Positions 50,029 to 59,763 of a DNA stretch of 64,000 nt are shown here, piece after piece (position 1 is the first letter of the stretch; each line of letters begins with the position of its first letter). Made by a program: the position numbers and the translations under genes. Under the pieces are notes generated by a model. That model worked only from the letters and a program-made list of their open reading frames with translations, was not told the DNA's origin and made no database searches. Source of the stretch: a virus (lineage: Duplodnaviria; Caudoviricetes); IMG/VR virus record IMGVR_UViG_3300037846_000091, positions 1-64,000 of that record. One strand, 5' to 3'.

Positions 50029-50652
50029 GTGGCCAAAGAGATCCAAGTCCCCTGGACTGCAACCGGCCAGACGCTGTACGCCGTCGTGCGCAACAGCGTC
50101 GGCCTGGCGTGGAACGGCGCGTCCTTCGAGAACTACCAGACCGCCCACCTGGCGTCTGAATACGCCATCACCTTGACCGAACAGGGCAGCCACAGCGCCT
50201 ACTACGCGGGCAACATGCCGGCCGTCGCCGCGGGCTATTACAACGTCGTGGCCTACCAGCAGGCGGGGGGCAGCCCGGCTGAGGGCGACCCATTGGCGGC
50301 GGCAGCGGGGATGGACTGGACGGGAACCGCGGTTGCCAGCGTCGGGGCGGGCGTGAACGCCACGCAGGTCAACGGCAACGCGACCGCCGCAGCCAACCTG
50401 GCCACGGCCTACGGCGGGTTCCTGATCGGCACGGCGCAGGCCGGCAGCGCCAGTGGCATCACCTTGCCGCCAGCTGCGTCAAGCGTGAACAACTTCTACG
50501 CCAACCAATCAATCACCATCCTGGCTGGCACAGGGGCGGGCCAGACGAACAAGATCGTCAGCAACGTCGGTCAGGTGGCAACTGTTGAAACTCCGTGGGC
50601 GACCGTGCCCGACGCTACCTCGGTTGTTGCCGTGCTGGGGCGGATCGGCTAA
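50029..50652 (+). CDS. Ala/Gly/Thr-rich virion protein
   Basis: GTAQAGSASGITL...DNFY-like...ITILAGTGAGQT..I...VAT...W.T.PD.TS. Confidence 0.6.
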   Translation: MAKEIQVPWTATGQTLYAVVRNSVGLAWNGASFENYQTAHLASEYAITLTEQGSHSAYYAGNMPAVAAGYYNVVAYQQAGGSPAEGDPLAAAAGMDWTGTAVASVGAGVNATQVNGNATAAANLATAYGGFLIGTAQAGSASGITLPPAASSVNNFYANQSITILAGTGAGQTNKIVSNVGQVATVETPWATVPDATSVVAVLGRIG

Positions 50653-53507
50653 TGGCCCTCACCCTCCAACTACAAGAGCCATTCGCCGGCATCGGCAGCC
50701 TTACAGCAGGCAGCCCCGGCTCCAACTTTGGCTCCGTGACGGGTACGCTCAACAAGCGAGCCCGCGGACCCTACCCTTCGGGCGGCAGCGTGGCCGCAGA
50801 CGGCACTGGGTTTTCCGCCAGACTCGACGCCGGAGCTAATCAGGCTGGCATGTTCTCGCTCACGTCAGGCAATGGGGTCAACGCCGCAGCCCAGGGGTTC
50901 ATAGGTGCATGGTTCTACATAGACTCAACGGTCAACGCCTCCAACCAGTGCATCTTGATGCAGGCCCTTGACAGTGGCGGCACCAAGCGTATGTACCTGA
51001 TGTGGGACCCGACCGTTTCTCCGGCTCAGATCAAGACGGCGTTCTCCGGGCAGGCTTTCCAATCATCAACAGTGGGAGTCAGCCTTCGCGGCCACTACTG
51101 GTTTGGGTTCGAGTGGACCGGCTGGACCAGCACACCTACTACCGCTTCGGCCAAGTTCTACCTTATGTCCCTGGCAACATACCTAGCCAGTGGCAGTCCG
51201 ACCCTCATTGCTACTTACACCAACCATACCCTGACGACGGGGCCGGGATCGGTCGGCATCTGCAATATTCCAGCTGGCAGCGGCACCTTCGTCTCGGGAC
51301 GATGCGGTTGCCCGTCGCTCTACTCCACAGGTTCTTATGGAGACGGCAGCGTCTACCCGCCTGCCATTGTTGCTCCCACCGCACCCCCCTTCAACTGGTA
51401 CTGCAACCCCGGCTCTGGCAACGACAACAACGACGGCACCACACCATCGACGGCATGGGCGAGTCTTGCCAAGCTCAACGCAGAATCGGCCAACTGCGGT
51501 ATGTTCGGTGGGTATACGTCAGGTAGTTCTGACTTTCTGTTTATTGATACCAGTGGGGCACCACTAGTCCAAACGTCCACGATGCTGAACTTCCAGACGA
51601 GTTGCCTCACAGTGCAGCCGCCCGCTGGATGGGCGAAGAACAGCACCTATTGGACGTTACAGGCGTGGAAGGACATCAGCGGGGTATCGACGACGTGGAC
51701 GCTCAATAGCGGCATCGTCTGGCAAACTTCGGATGGTTCTGCCCCGGACCTTCTCGACGTGGCAGTTTGGGAAGATGACCGCTGGATGAACCATCCAGTA
51801 GCGGCCAACTCGGCGGCGGCTATTCCCCTGCTACAAGCCACGCCAGGTAGTTTTTGGACGGATGGGACCAATATTTATATGTCCACTTTCGAGAGTGGCA
51901 ACCCCAACACGGACGGTCACGTATATACTCGTAGTCGCGACCGTGGCGGTGCAGGATTCAACGACGCGGTTCGCATGGCTACCTACGGGATGCAGATATG
52001 GGGCCTGGACCTTTGGAAGACAGCTCAGGTAGACAACAGCAACAACGCCATCGCCACTTACGGGATCAACTACAGTTTCGCCACACAAGCTCCGACTGTC
52101 GCGGGGCAAACATCGGACATTGGCTGGTGCCGTCTGAGGTATGGGGCCAACCACCTCGTCGGCTTCACCGATGCCAACGTGCTGAATCGCACGATCAACA
52201 TGCACGACTGCGACGTGGAGCAGTGCGCCCCGTGGTACGGGGCCGACCCACTGGTCGATTACACGACGCAGACTGCGGCCACGCTGGTCACCAACTACAC
52301 GAACATCACCTGCAACGCAGGCGTGGGCGTCATCGGCAGCACCGCTGGCAGCTGGACGCAGGACGGAACAAATCCGGTTGGGGTGTGGTTCTCCCACCTG
52401 GGCACGACGGGGGCGAGCAACCAGTTTACGATTACATTCACGGGATGCAACTTCCCAGGCGGTACTATCTCTTGTGGTGGTGATACTGTATCGACGATGG
52501 GTGTGGCCAGTCTGACTGTAGAAGATTGTATGTTCGTCGGTTCCGGCGGCATGGGCTCGCCAGCAGCCACGTTCGACCGTTGCTTGATAACTTTATCTAT
52601 TCAAGAGATCACATTTGCTGCTGCTTCGACAATATACACGAACTGCATCATCCAGCAGACTCAGCCAATGACGGTGTTCTCAAGCAACACCAGAGGAGTA
52701 CAGGGGACAGTATCGTTCGTTGGCTGCACGTTAGACATGACCTCTGCTCCGTCCGGCAGTGACACCAACGGTGCTTTACTGCGTCGGGTGGCCGCGCTGA
52801 CGCTCACCGTGGAAAACTGCGTCGGCCTGTTCAATGGAGCGCAGGACTACACGCTGCTGGCGAGCGCCGCCAACACGGACACGCTCAATCTGAGCTTCAA
52901 CGAGTACGAACTGGGCTCCTCCGGCGTGTTGCTCAAGAGCTACGCCGCCCTGGGCAACCAGACCTTCGCTCAAGCGCAGGGCCTCGGCTTCGAGACGGGC
53001 TCTGTCAACGATACCGCGCTTGGTGAGACAGTAGCCATCAACCCGACGACATACAGGCGCACCGGGGCACCGCCGTTTTATCACAGCCTGGGCGTGCTGG
53101 ACGACTACACGGGCCAGATATTCCCCACCCGGCAGGCGCCGGGCGCCTTCGAGCTTGTGGGCGCTGGTGTGGACTTCTGGTGGTTGGCTTTTATCAACAC
53201 CGGCGTGTACGTGCCGCCGGTGCCGCCTACGCCGCCGCTCCCAGGCAACCTGGGATCGGCAACGGTATCCGGCGGTGGCTTCGTCCTGGACTTCGACGGC
53301 TGGGAGGCCCTGCGTGACCGACCGCAGCCCCGACAGCAGCCCAAGCCGCCCGAGAAGGCAGTCGAGCTACCGCCGCCACTCGTGCATTGCAGTGGTGTGC
53401 TGACGTTGCCGGGCGTGACGCTGTCCGCTAGGCTTACGGTGGACCCGTGGTATCGGCAGCGGATCGAAGAGGACGAGATGCTGCTGCTGGGAGACTTCGA
53501 TAAGTGA
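50652..53507 (+). CDS. Large receptor-binding/depolymerase-like protein (lectin-like N-part plus right-handed beta-helix)
   Basis: YCNPGSGNDNNDGTTPSTAWASLAKLN is a typical start of pectate-lyase-like beta-helices, followed by repeated N-C/T-I strands. Confidence 0.7.
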   Translation: MALTLQLQEPFAGIGSLTAGSPGSNFGSVTGTLNKRARGPYPSGGSVAADGTGFSARLDAGANQAGMFSLTSGNGVNAAAQGFIGAWFYIDSTVNASNQCILMQALDSGGTKRMYLMWDPTVSPAQIKTAFSGQAFQSSTVGVSLRGHYWFGFEWTGWTSTPTTASAKFYLMSLATYLASGSPTLIATYTNHTLTTGPGSVGICNIPAGSGTFVSGRCGCPSLYSTGSYGDGSVYPPAIVAPTAPPFNWYCNPGSGNDNNDGTTPSTAWASLAKLNAESANCGMFGGYTSGSSDFLFIDTSGAPLVQTSTMLNFQTSCLTVQPPAGWAKNSTYWTLQAWKDISGVSTTWTLNSGIVWQTSDGSAPDLLDVAVWEDDRWMNHPVAANSAAAIPLLQATPGSFWTDGTNIYMSTFESGNPNTDGHVYTRSRDRGGAGFNDAVRMATYGMQIWGLDLWKTAQVDNSNNAIATYGINYSFATQAPTVAGQTSDIGWCRLRYGANHLVGFTDANVLNRTINMHDCDVEQCAPWYGADPLVDYTTQTAATLVTNYTNITCNAGVGVIGSTAGSWTQDGTNPVGVWFSHLGTTGASNQFTITFTGCNFPGGTISCGGDTVSTMGVASLTVEDCMFVGSGGMGSPAATFDRCLITLSIQEITFAAASTIYTNCIIQQTQPMTVFSSNTRGVQGTVSFVGCTLDMTSAPSGSDTNGALLRRVAALTLTVENCVGLFNGAQDYTLLASAANTDTLNLSFNEYELGSSGVLLKSYAALGNQTFAQAQGLGFETGSVNDTALGETVAINPTTYRRTGAPPFYHSLGVLDDYTGQIFPTRQAPGAFELVGAGVDFWWLAFINTGVYVPPVPPTPPLPGNLGSATVSGGGFVLDFDGWEALRDRPQPRQQPKPPEKAVELPPPLVHCSGVLTLPGVTLSARLTVDPWYRQRIEEDEMLLLGDFDK

Positions 53508-54262
53508 AAAAGACTATCTATACTCTCAACATCTGTGATTACAGCCCGGACATCTGCGCCCTGACCTACCCCCTGATGCGGGCGTGGGCCGACAAGATCG
53601 GCGCGGCTTTCCACGTCATCCGGGACCGCAAGTGGCCCGACATGCCGCCGGTCTACGAGAAGTTGCAGATTTACGACCTGGCCCGCGAGCGCGGCGACGA
53701 CTGGAGCATCTTCTTGGACGGGGACACGCTGGTCTATCCCAACATGTTCGACCCGACTGAGTTCCTGCATCGGCGCGAAGTTTTTTGTCACATGAACGAC
53801 ATGGCAAACATGCGCTTCCGCTCCAACGACATTTTCCGCCGCGACGGCCGCAGTATAGGGTGGACGAACTGGCTTGCCATTGCTTCCAGCTGGTGCCGTG
53901 ACCTGTGGCACCCATTGGAGGACATGACATTCTCGGAGGCGGTCGCCAACATCACCACCACTTTAGAGGAGCGAAACAAGGGGATAACTCCCGATCACCT
54001 AATCGACGATTATGTCTTGAGTTACAATGTCGCCAAGTACGGGCTGCACTTCAAGACGTTCCCGGCCATGCTTCAGTCGCTCGGAATGGACCCGAAGGCG
54101 CAGGCGTTCTGGCACAACTACACCTTCAGCGAAGAGCAGAAGGTCGTGGAGATGCGCAAGGTGCTGCAATCGTGGGGCATGGCCCGGGCCGATGAATTGC
54201 CGGCGACGACGAATGGCAGGCCGCATCAACCGAGGGAGTCCACCCTATGCGTCCAATCCTAG
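53504..54262 (+). CDS. Glycosyltransferase (GT-A)
   Basis: LTYPLMRAWADKIGA.F..I...YEKLQI...SIFLDGDTLV (DxD). Confidence 0.75.
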   Translation: MKKTIYTLNICDYSPDICALTYPLMRAWADKIGAAFHVIRDRKWPDMPPVYEKLQIYDLARERGDDWSIFLDGDTLVYPNMFDPTEFLHRREVFCHMNDMANMRFRSNDIFRRDGRSIGWTNWLAIASSWCRDLWHPLEDMTFSEAVANITTTLEERNKGITPDHLIDDYVLSYNVAKYGLHFKTFPAMLQSLGMDPKAQAFWHNYTFSEEQKVVEMRKVLQSWGMARADELPATTNGRPHQPRESTLCVQS

Positions 54263-54563
54263 ATGAAGACGTTCCGCGACATTCAACCGGAATATACAGA
54301 AGTGGCAAGACGTGCGATTGCGGCATTGTCGAAAGTTGGGAAGGATTCCAACAGCGCATCGCCGGCTATGGATGGAAGCATGAAACTGTCTTTTCCTGCG
54401 ACCATTTCAAGCAAAGGACAATGGAATCTCCATGCCGTTTCTGCGGCAAGAAGAATACGCCGGTTCGCCAGGTGCCGGTGCCGATTCCGGTAAGCGATTG
54501 CTACTGTGACGACTGCGCTAGCAAGTGCGCTGATTTTTACCACAGCGCTATGAAGGAGTCGCC

Positions 54564-55514
54564 ATGCGCCCAATCCTGAGCATGGACACGGTGCAAATCG
54601 AAATCACGGACGCCTGCGTGTTCCGCTGCGGCAACTGCACGCGGTTCTGCGGCAGCAAAAAGCCGTTCTACATGGAGATGGATTACTACCGCCGCGCCGT
54701 CGATAGCATGGTGGGCTACCCTAACATGGTCGGGATCATGGGCGGCGAGCCTCTGCTTCATCCGCAATTCGCGGAGATATGCGACTATGCCCTGGCCACG
54801 TTGGGCAAGAAACATCTCGGGCTGTGGTCCACCTTCCCGGCGGGGTACGAACACCATCGGGATACCATCTGCCGGACGTTCGACTATATTTTCCTGAACG
54901 ACCATTCCCGCGGCGACATCTTTCATTCGCCGATCCTGGTGTCATCCGACCACGTTTTCAGGAATGATCCTGAAAACCCCCTACGCTGGCAACTCATCAA
55001 CGACTGCTGGGTTCAGAACACCTGGTCGGCTTCGATCAACCCAAAGGGCGCGTTTTTCTGCGAGGTCGCGGCATCGCTCTCCATGCTCTTCGATGGACCC
55101 GCCGGCTGGCCGGTCGAACCCGGCTGGTGGCGCAGAATGCCCTGGCAGTACGGCGAGCAGATCGAATGGGCGTGCAGGCGCTGCGGCTGCGCCATGCCGT
55201 TGCAGCGCCGAAGCAGCCAGGACGAACGCGACGACGTTAGCCCAGACAACCTGATTCAGCTTGGCCTGGTCAAGAGCAAGAAGGTAGCGGCCGGGGACGT
55301 GGTTGTCCACGAAGCTCCGCAACTGGTGTCGAAGGGGGAGCTTGCCTATCACCAGGCTTACAAGGACACCGCCTGGCGGCAGACCGTGGCGGCCAAGTAC
55401 GGGATCTTCCTGGAGGTCACCGACCGGGGATTCTGGCGCCCACACTTGCAGAAATGCATTTCTGCAGCGAGCCGGCCATCGGCGTTTGCCGAGATGCAGG
55501 CGAAGTATCAGTGA
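54564..55514 (+). CDS. Radical SAM protein
   Basis: IEITDACVFRCGNC (CxxxCxxC), GGEPLLHP, and C-terminal Cys (FFC, CRRCGC) suggesting an auxiliary cluster. Confidence 0.9.
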   Translation: MRPILSMDTVQIEITDACVFRCGNCTRFCGSKKPFYMEMDYYRRAVDSMVGYPNMVGIMGGEPLLHPQFAEICDYALATLGKKHLGLWSTFPAGYEHHRDTICRTFDYIFLNDHSRGDIFHSPILVSSDHVFRNDPENPLRWQLINDCWVQNTWSASINPKGAFFCEVAASLSMLFDGPAGWPVEPGWWRRMPWQYGEQIEWACRRCGCAMPLQRRSSQDERDDVSPDNLIQLGLVKSKKVAAGDVVVHEAPQLVSKGELAYHQAYKDTAWRQTVAAKYGIFLEVTDRGFWRPHLQKCISAASRPSAFAEMQAKYQ

Positions 55515-56013
55515 GGCTGTGATTCCGCGAGCCTGTCAGCCTCAATAGCCTCTTGCGCGTAAGCACCTTCGATGCCCACCATGTACCATTCGCCGAGAAA
55601 CTGTGGGCAGTGATACCTGACCACGACCAGCGTTCCGGCCCTGAAGATTTGGCCGTCTCTGGTTATGGTCACTCCAGGGGCAGGGCACGGATGGCGGACG
55701 CCGCTTTCTCAAGGGCAGTCGCCTTGTGCCTGTAGACTTCTCGCCAGGCAAGATCGGTTTGCTTCTCACCTTGCTCAGAGATGATGCCAGCGTTCTCGAT
55801 CATCTTGGCCGCGCACCGCTCTCGCATGTCGGCGACGGCCGCCTTCGTGTGCTCTGGCGGCCACCAGCCTTCTTGCAGGGCCAGTAGCGCCTGCAGCCGT
55901 TCGACTTCGGCGAGCAGGTCGGTGATGTGTTCGTTATAAGGCCAACCGATCAGGCGACGTTTTAATACTTTTGACGCAACCCTTCTAATTTCCGCCAGCC
56001 TCTCGGGTGTCAT
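55508..56013 (-). other. Two-gene antisense insertion (55669-56013 and 55508-55672)
   Basis: Coupled GTGA junction. The second ORF is MTITRDGQIFRAGTLVVVRYHCPQFLGEWYMVG... (54 aa) and converges on the radical SAM stop. Confidence 0.55.
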
Positions 56014-56082
56014 CGCAGTCCCTCAATTCGACTTCGGCATCTCCCAGCCATGATACTCCACCTGCCCTGTGGAGGAAACGCC

Positions 56083-56589
56083 GTGGCTTTGTGGGATAGG
56101 TTCCTCAATCGTGTTTTCGGCGCTCGCGTGGCTGGTGCATGGGCACAGCGCAGTGCTAACCGCGCCGCCGCCAAGGCTCAGGCAGAGTTGCGCGGCAAGC
56201 GCGGCGGCAAGATGGTCGAGGGCCACCGCGGCATCGGCGTGGGTCTGGGCGCCAAGCCAGGGCCGAAGAAGTCCACCGGGCAGGACGTAAACCGGCAGAG
56301 CATCGGCAAGGACGAAATCGAGGACTTTTTGTGGCACGGAGCGCCGCTGTTCGTTTACTCAAGTAACGTGGGCTTTTGCCAGTATTACCCCGAGACGGAG
56401 AAGATGCAAATTGAGTACCTGGCCAAGGGCAACAAGCCGGCACGGAAGTACCTGTACTCCAGCGTGACCCACGCCGAAGCTCTTGATTTTGCACAGGCGC
56501 AGTCGAAAGGAATCTGGGTCTGGGACCACATTCGCGTGCGCGGCAAGGGTAACGCGCACTTGAGCCGCAAGCCGTTTGTTGAGCTGTGA
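56083..56589 (+). CDS. Protein with a C-terminal KTSC-like domain
   Basis: SSNV...YYPETEKMQIEY...YLYSSV...F..AQSKG.W.W.HIR. Confidence 0.75.
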   Translation: MALWDRFLNRVFGARVAGAWAQRSANRAAAKAQAELRGKRGGKMVEGHRGIGVGLGAKPGPKKSTGQDVNRQSIGKDEIEDFLWHGAPLFVYSSNVGFCQYYPETEKMQIEYLAKGNKPARKYLYSSVTHAEALDFAQAQSKGIWVWDHIRVRGKGNAHLSRKPFVEL

Positions 56590-56633
56590 CGATTTGCACC
56601 CGGCACCCCGTTCCGGCGATAGTGGTTCCCGAC

Positions 56634-57836
56634 ATGGCCGCCAACCCGCGATTTGACGACCCGAACCTCTGGACCGTGGAAGACGGGGTAACGGTCTTTG
56701 ACGAACATGATGAACCGCAAGACGATGGGACAGTGCAGCGGTTCGACAAGCCCCGGCTGGAAGGCATAGTCCGCAACTGCAACGTGAAGGACCAGCAGGG
56801 CCAGTATTGCAAATTGACTTTGGGGCACACGAAAGACGATGCTCCTGAATACGAACAGCCCGAGAGCGTGGGATTCGCTCGCAAGTTCCGGGTGGAGTGG
56901 AGTCAGGAGCTTGGCCGCTGGGTAATCCGGTGCGCCTACTTTTTGAACAAGGGTAAGGAAGGGGTGGCAAGGACGTACCCCAGCACCTCGGTAGAGAGGT
57001 GGATTCGCAGCGACTTTTTTGACCCGATTGCCCTGTTGAGGCGAACGCCCGACAGGCCGGTGGGTCAGTGGACATACGCCCGCAAGGGTGAGGTCGTCCG
57101 ATACGCGATGGGAGCAACCATGAGTCCCGCAGCCGCAGCCCCCGCAACGCCAGTCATGCCGAGCGCCACCAACGGGGCAGCCCCCGCGCCGAAGGCCGAG
57201 AAGCCGCCCTACCCCGAGGGCGTGCAGCCGGGCTCTCCCGACGCCGACTTCCATGACAAGGTCGTGCGGTCGATGAAGCACTGCTACGGCAAGGAGCTGG
57301 ACAGCCTGGCCGGTGGCACCCCGAACCCCGGCCTTGAGGCACCGCAGGTCAAGGCCCCGGTCCCGAAGTTCCCCGAGCCTGGCAACGACGACGACAAGGG
57401 CAAGGACAAGCTGGCCAAGGACGATGAGGAGCGGAAGCGCATGGCGATGGAGGGCGAGCGCATCAAGTACGCCGCCCTGGAAGAGCGGCAACGGGCCACC
57501 GAAGCCGAGCTGGCCGTGATGCGGTACGAGAAGAAAAAGGCCGTCGTCGAGCGGAAGATCACTCAGGTTGAGGCCGAAGGTTACGTCCTCAACCGGCCCG
57601 TTGAGTTCGAGACGGTCATGAAGATGGAGGACAAGGAGCAGGATGCCTACCTCGAAGGCATCAAGCAGTATCGGCACAAGGCTCCCATCGGCAACCGCTT
57701 CTTCGACACGGGACCGGCTCCCATCGGCGGACAGCCTCGCTTCGATCAGAACAAGCTGGACAAGGCCCTCGAAATCCATCGCAGCACGGGCGTGACGATG
57801 GAAGAGGCGGCCAAGCAGGTGATGAACGGACAGTGA
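56634..57836 (+). CDS. Prohead protease/scaffold (Mu gpI-like)
   Basis: LTLGH, YPSTSVE and DPIALL, followed by a Pro/Ala linker and a charged coiled-coil scaffold. Confidence 0.75.
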   Translation: MAANPRFDDPNLWTVEDGVTVFDEHDEPQDDGTVQRFDKPRLEGIVRNCNVKDQQGQYCKLTLGHTKDDAPEYEQPESVGFARKFRVEWSQELGRWVIRCAYFLNKGKEGVARTYPSTSVERWIRSDFFDPIALLRRTPDRPVGQWTYARKGEVVRYAMGATMSPAAAAPATPVMPSATNGAAPAPKAEKPPYPEGVQPGSPDADFHDKVVRSMKHCYGKELDSLAGGTPNPGLEAPQVKAPVPKFPEPGNDDDKGKDKLAKDDEERKRMAMEGERIKYAALEERQRATEAELAVMRYEKKKAVVERKITQVEAEGYVLNRPVEFETVMKMEDKEQDAYLEGIKQYRHKAPIGNRFFDTGPAPIGGQPRFDQNKLDKALEIHRSTGVTMEEAAKQVMNGQ

Positions 57837-57977
57837 TCGAGGGGCCGCCCGAGTCGGCGGCCGCAGATTTAGCCTCAATCGGGAGTAGCTACCCGATGAG
57901 GGAGCGTAGCCAAACCTACGCATACCGTGGCCGTTTGGGGCCGCCGACCGAGTGGCCCCTTTCGACTGAGGTGTGCG

Positions 57978-58793
57978 ATGCCTTTCAACGTCGGTATTCC
58001 GGTCCTTGGCACGTTCAGCCAGGCATCTCTCGCCAGCGGCACAACGGCCGCGACCATGCTCATCCCGCCGTTCGCCGGACCCATCGGCGGGGCGCCTTAC
58101 CTCTACAACGCCAACCAGACCAACGTGCCGCTGACGATCGCCGTGGTGCAGACGAAAGCCAACTGGCTGCAGTCGCCGCAGTTCGGCGTGCCGCACATTA
58201 CCTCGATCATCGTCAACGCCAGCGCCACTAGCCACACGGTCACAATTCTGCGGCCCCTCAACTGGACCTATTTCCCCGCGGGCCTGGCCAAGAATACCAC
58301 GGCCATCCCCAACGGGTCGGGCGCCAGCAGCACCGGGCTCTACGACGACCCCGGCGTCTACAGCACCAACTACAAGTATCCGACGCCTGGCTCAGTGGCC
58401 CCCGGCCTGGTGGCCGATGCCGCGATCAGCGGCACCAACCTCGCCGTGTGCTATCAGCTTGCCGATGGCACCTGGCAGTATGACACCATTGCGTCGGGTA
58501 CGTTCAACAGCAGCTTGACGCTGACCACGGGCACCCCCAACCGCACGGGCGGGGCCATTCCGGCGGGTGCTCCCCTGTTCTACTTCGGCGTGCTTGCCGG
58601 CACTCTGCTTGACCCCGCGACGGGCCTGGCCGGCTGGCAGTTCGCAACCAAGGTCAGCGCCGTGGACACCTACACCGATGTGCTGACGGGGCTGTTCAAC
58701 GGGCTCCACTATGGCGACCCACTGATTTGCTACGACGCGAACGCCACCGCCGCTGACAGCATCATGGTAACGGGCTATTACGGGGCGTACTAA
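57978..58793 (+). CDS. Head-associated structural protein
   Basis: Thr/Gly/Ala-rich, located between scaffold and capsid genes. Confidence 0.55.
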   Translation: MPFNVGIPVLGTFSQASLASGTTAATMLIPPFAGPIGGAPYLYNANQTNVPLTIAVVQTKANWLQSPQFGVPHITSIIVNASATSHTVTILRPLNWTYFPAGLAKNTTAIPNGSGASSTGLYDDPGVYSTNYKYPTPGSVAPGLVADAAISGTNLAVCYQLADGTWQYDTIASGTFNSSLTLTTGTPNRTGGAIPAGAPLFYFGVLAGTLLDPATGLAGWQFATKVSAVDTYTDVLTGLFNGLHYGDPLICYDANATAADSIMVTGYYGAY

Positions 58794-59266
58794 CGAGGGC
58801 ACAATGGCCGACGAAAAGAAATCGCAGAGCAAGGAAGAGGCGAAGGAACAGTTTCGCCGCCAGGCTGCGCTGGCCATCCTGGGCGCCTTCGTGAGCCGCA
58901 CCGGCGGCTTCGGCACGGAGCTGGAGCGGACGGACATCGCTCGCATGGTCTGGCGGTTTGCCGATGCCTTCGTGGACGCGGAGAACGCGCCAGTCCTACA
59001 GCCAACGCCGACGATGGAGAGCAGGCCGCGACCCGCAGGCCGTCCTGCACACCCGAGCGACGAATGGGCGGTGCGGTATGGCGACAAGCAGCGGCGGGGA
59101 TTCACGAGCCACGAAGAGGCTGTGTTCTACGCGGCGAGCAAGCCGGGGGCAACGGTTGTGCTGGTAAGTGGCCCGGAGATGACGGGCGTGCTGACCGCGC
59201 CGGCATCGGTTCCGTGAGAGGTTTCAAGGACTTATTAAGTCCCAGAAAGTCTGAGAGGGTTCAATC

Positions 59267-59659
59267 ATGACTGGCACCGCGGCTGGCAACATAACCCCAT
59301 CGGCCTTCGTAGTTCGCGCGACCACGACGGACGCACAGTACCTACTGGCGACCGGCAACAGCACGCCGATTGCCGGCATCAGCGGCATCGGCACGCGCTA
59401 CCCGCCCTACGCCGGCTTGAACGACGGCAACATTGCGATTGCCGGCGAGAACTTTCGGCTGTACCAGGCCGGGCGCGACCTGGAAGCGCCCCTTATGCTG
59501 GGCGGCACGGTTGCCGCAGGCGACCTGCTCACCAGCGATGCCAACGGGCACGGCATCACCACCACGACGGCGGGCCAGTTCATCGGCGCACAGGCAATGA
59601 TGGCCGGGGTTGCCAATCAGGTGATTTCGGTCAAGCCGATGTTCGGGCCGCAATCGTAA
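59267..59659 (+). CDS. Capsid decoration/cement protein (DUF2190-like)
   Basis: GGTVAAGDLLTSDANGHG...IGA.AM.AG.A...I.V, immediately before the MCP. Confidence 0.75.
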   Translation: MTGTAAGNITPSAFVVRATTTDAQYLLATGNSTPIAGISGIGTRYPPYAGLNDGNIAIAGENFRLYQAGRDLEAPLMLGGTVAAGDLLTSDANGHGITTTTAGQFIGAQAMMAGVANQVISVKPMFGPQS

Positions 59660-59763
59660 ACATTTGAGAGGCAAGTGGGGGGTAGCTTCCCCGCGAGCCA
59701 CCGGAACATACGCGGTCGTTTGGGGCCGCCGACAACGGGTAATTTCATCCGTCGAGGCGATCC

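Noticed and set aside
56385-58235. 616-aa minus-strand ORF (also 2791-3972, 6944-8047, 44569-45354 and similar)
   Set aside because: Shadow frames opposite well-supported genes, expected at this GC content, with no motifs.
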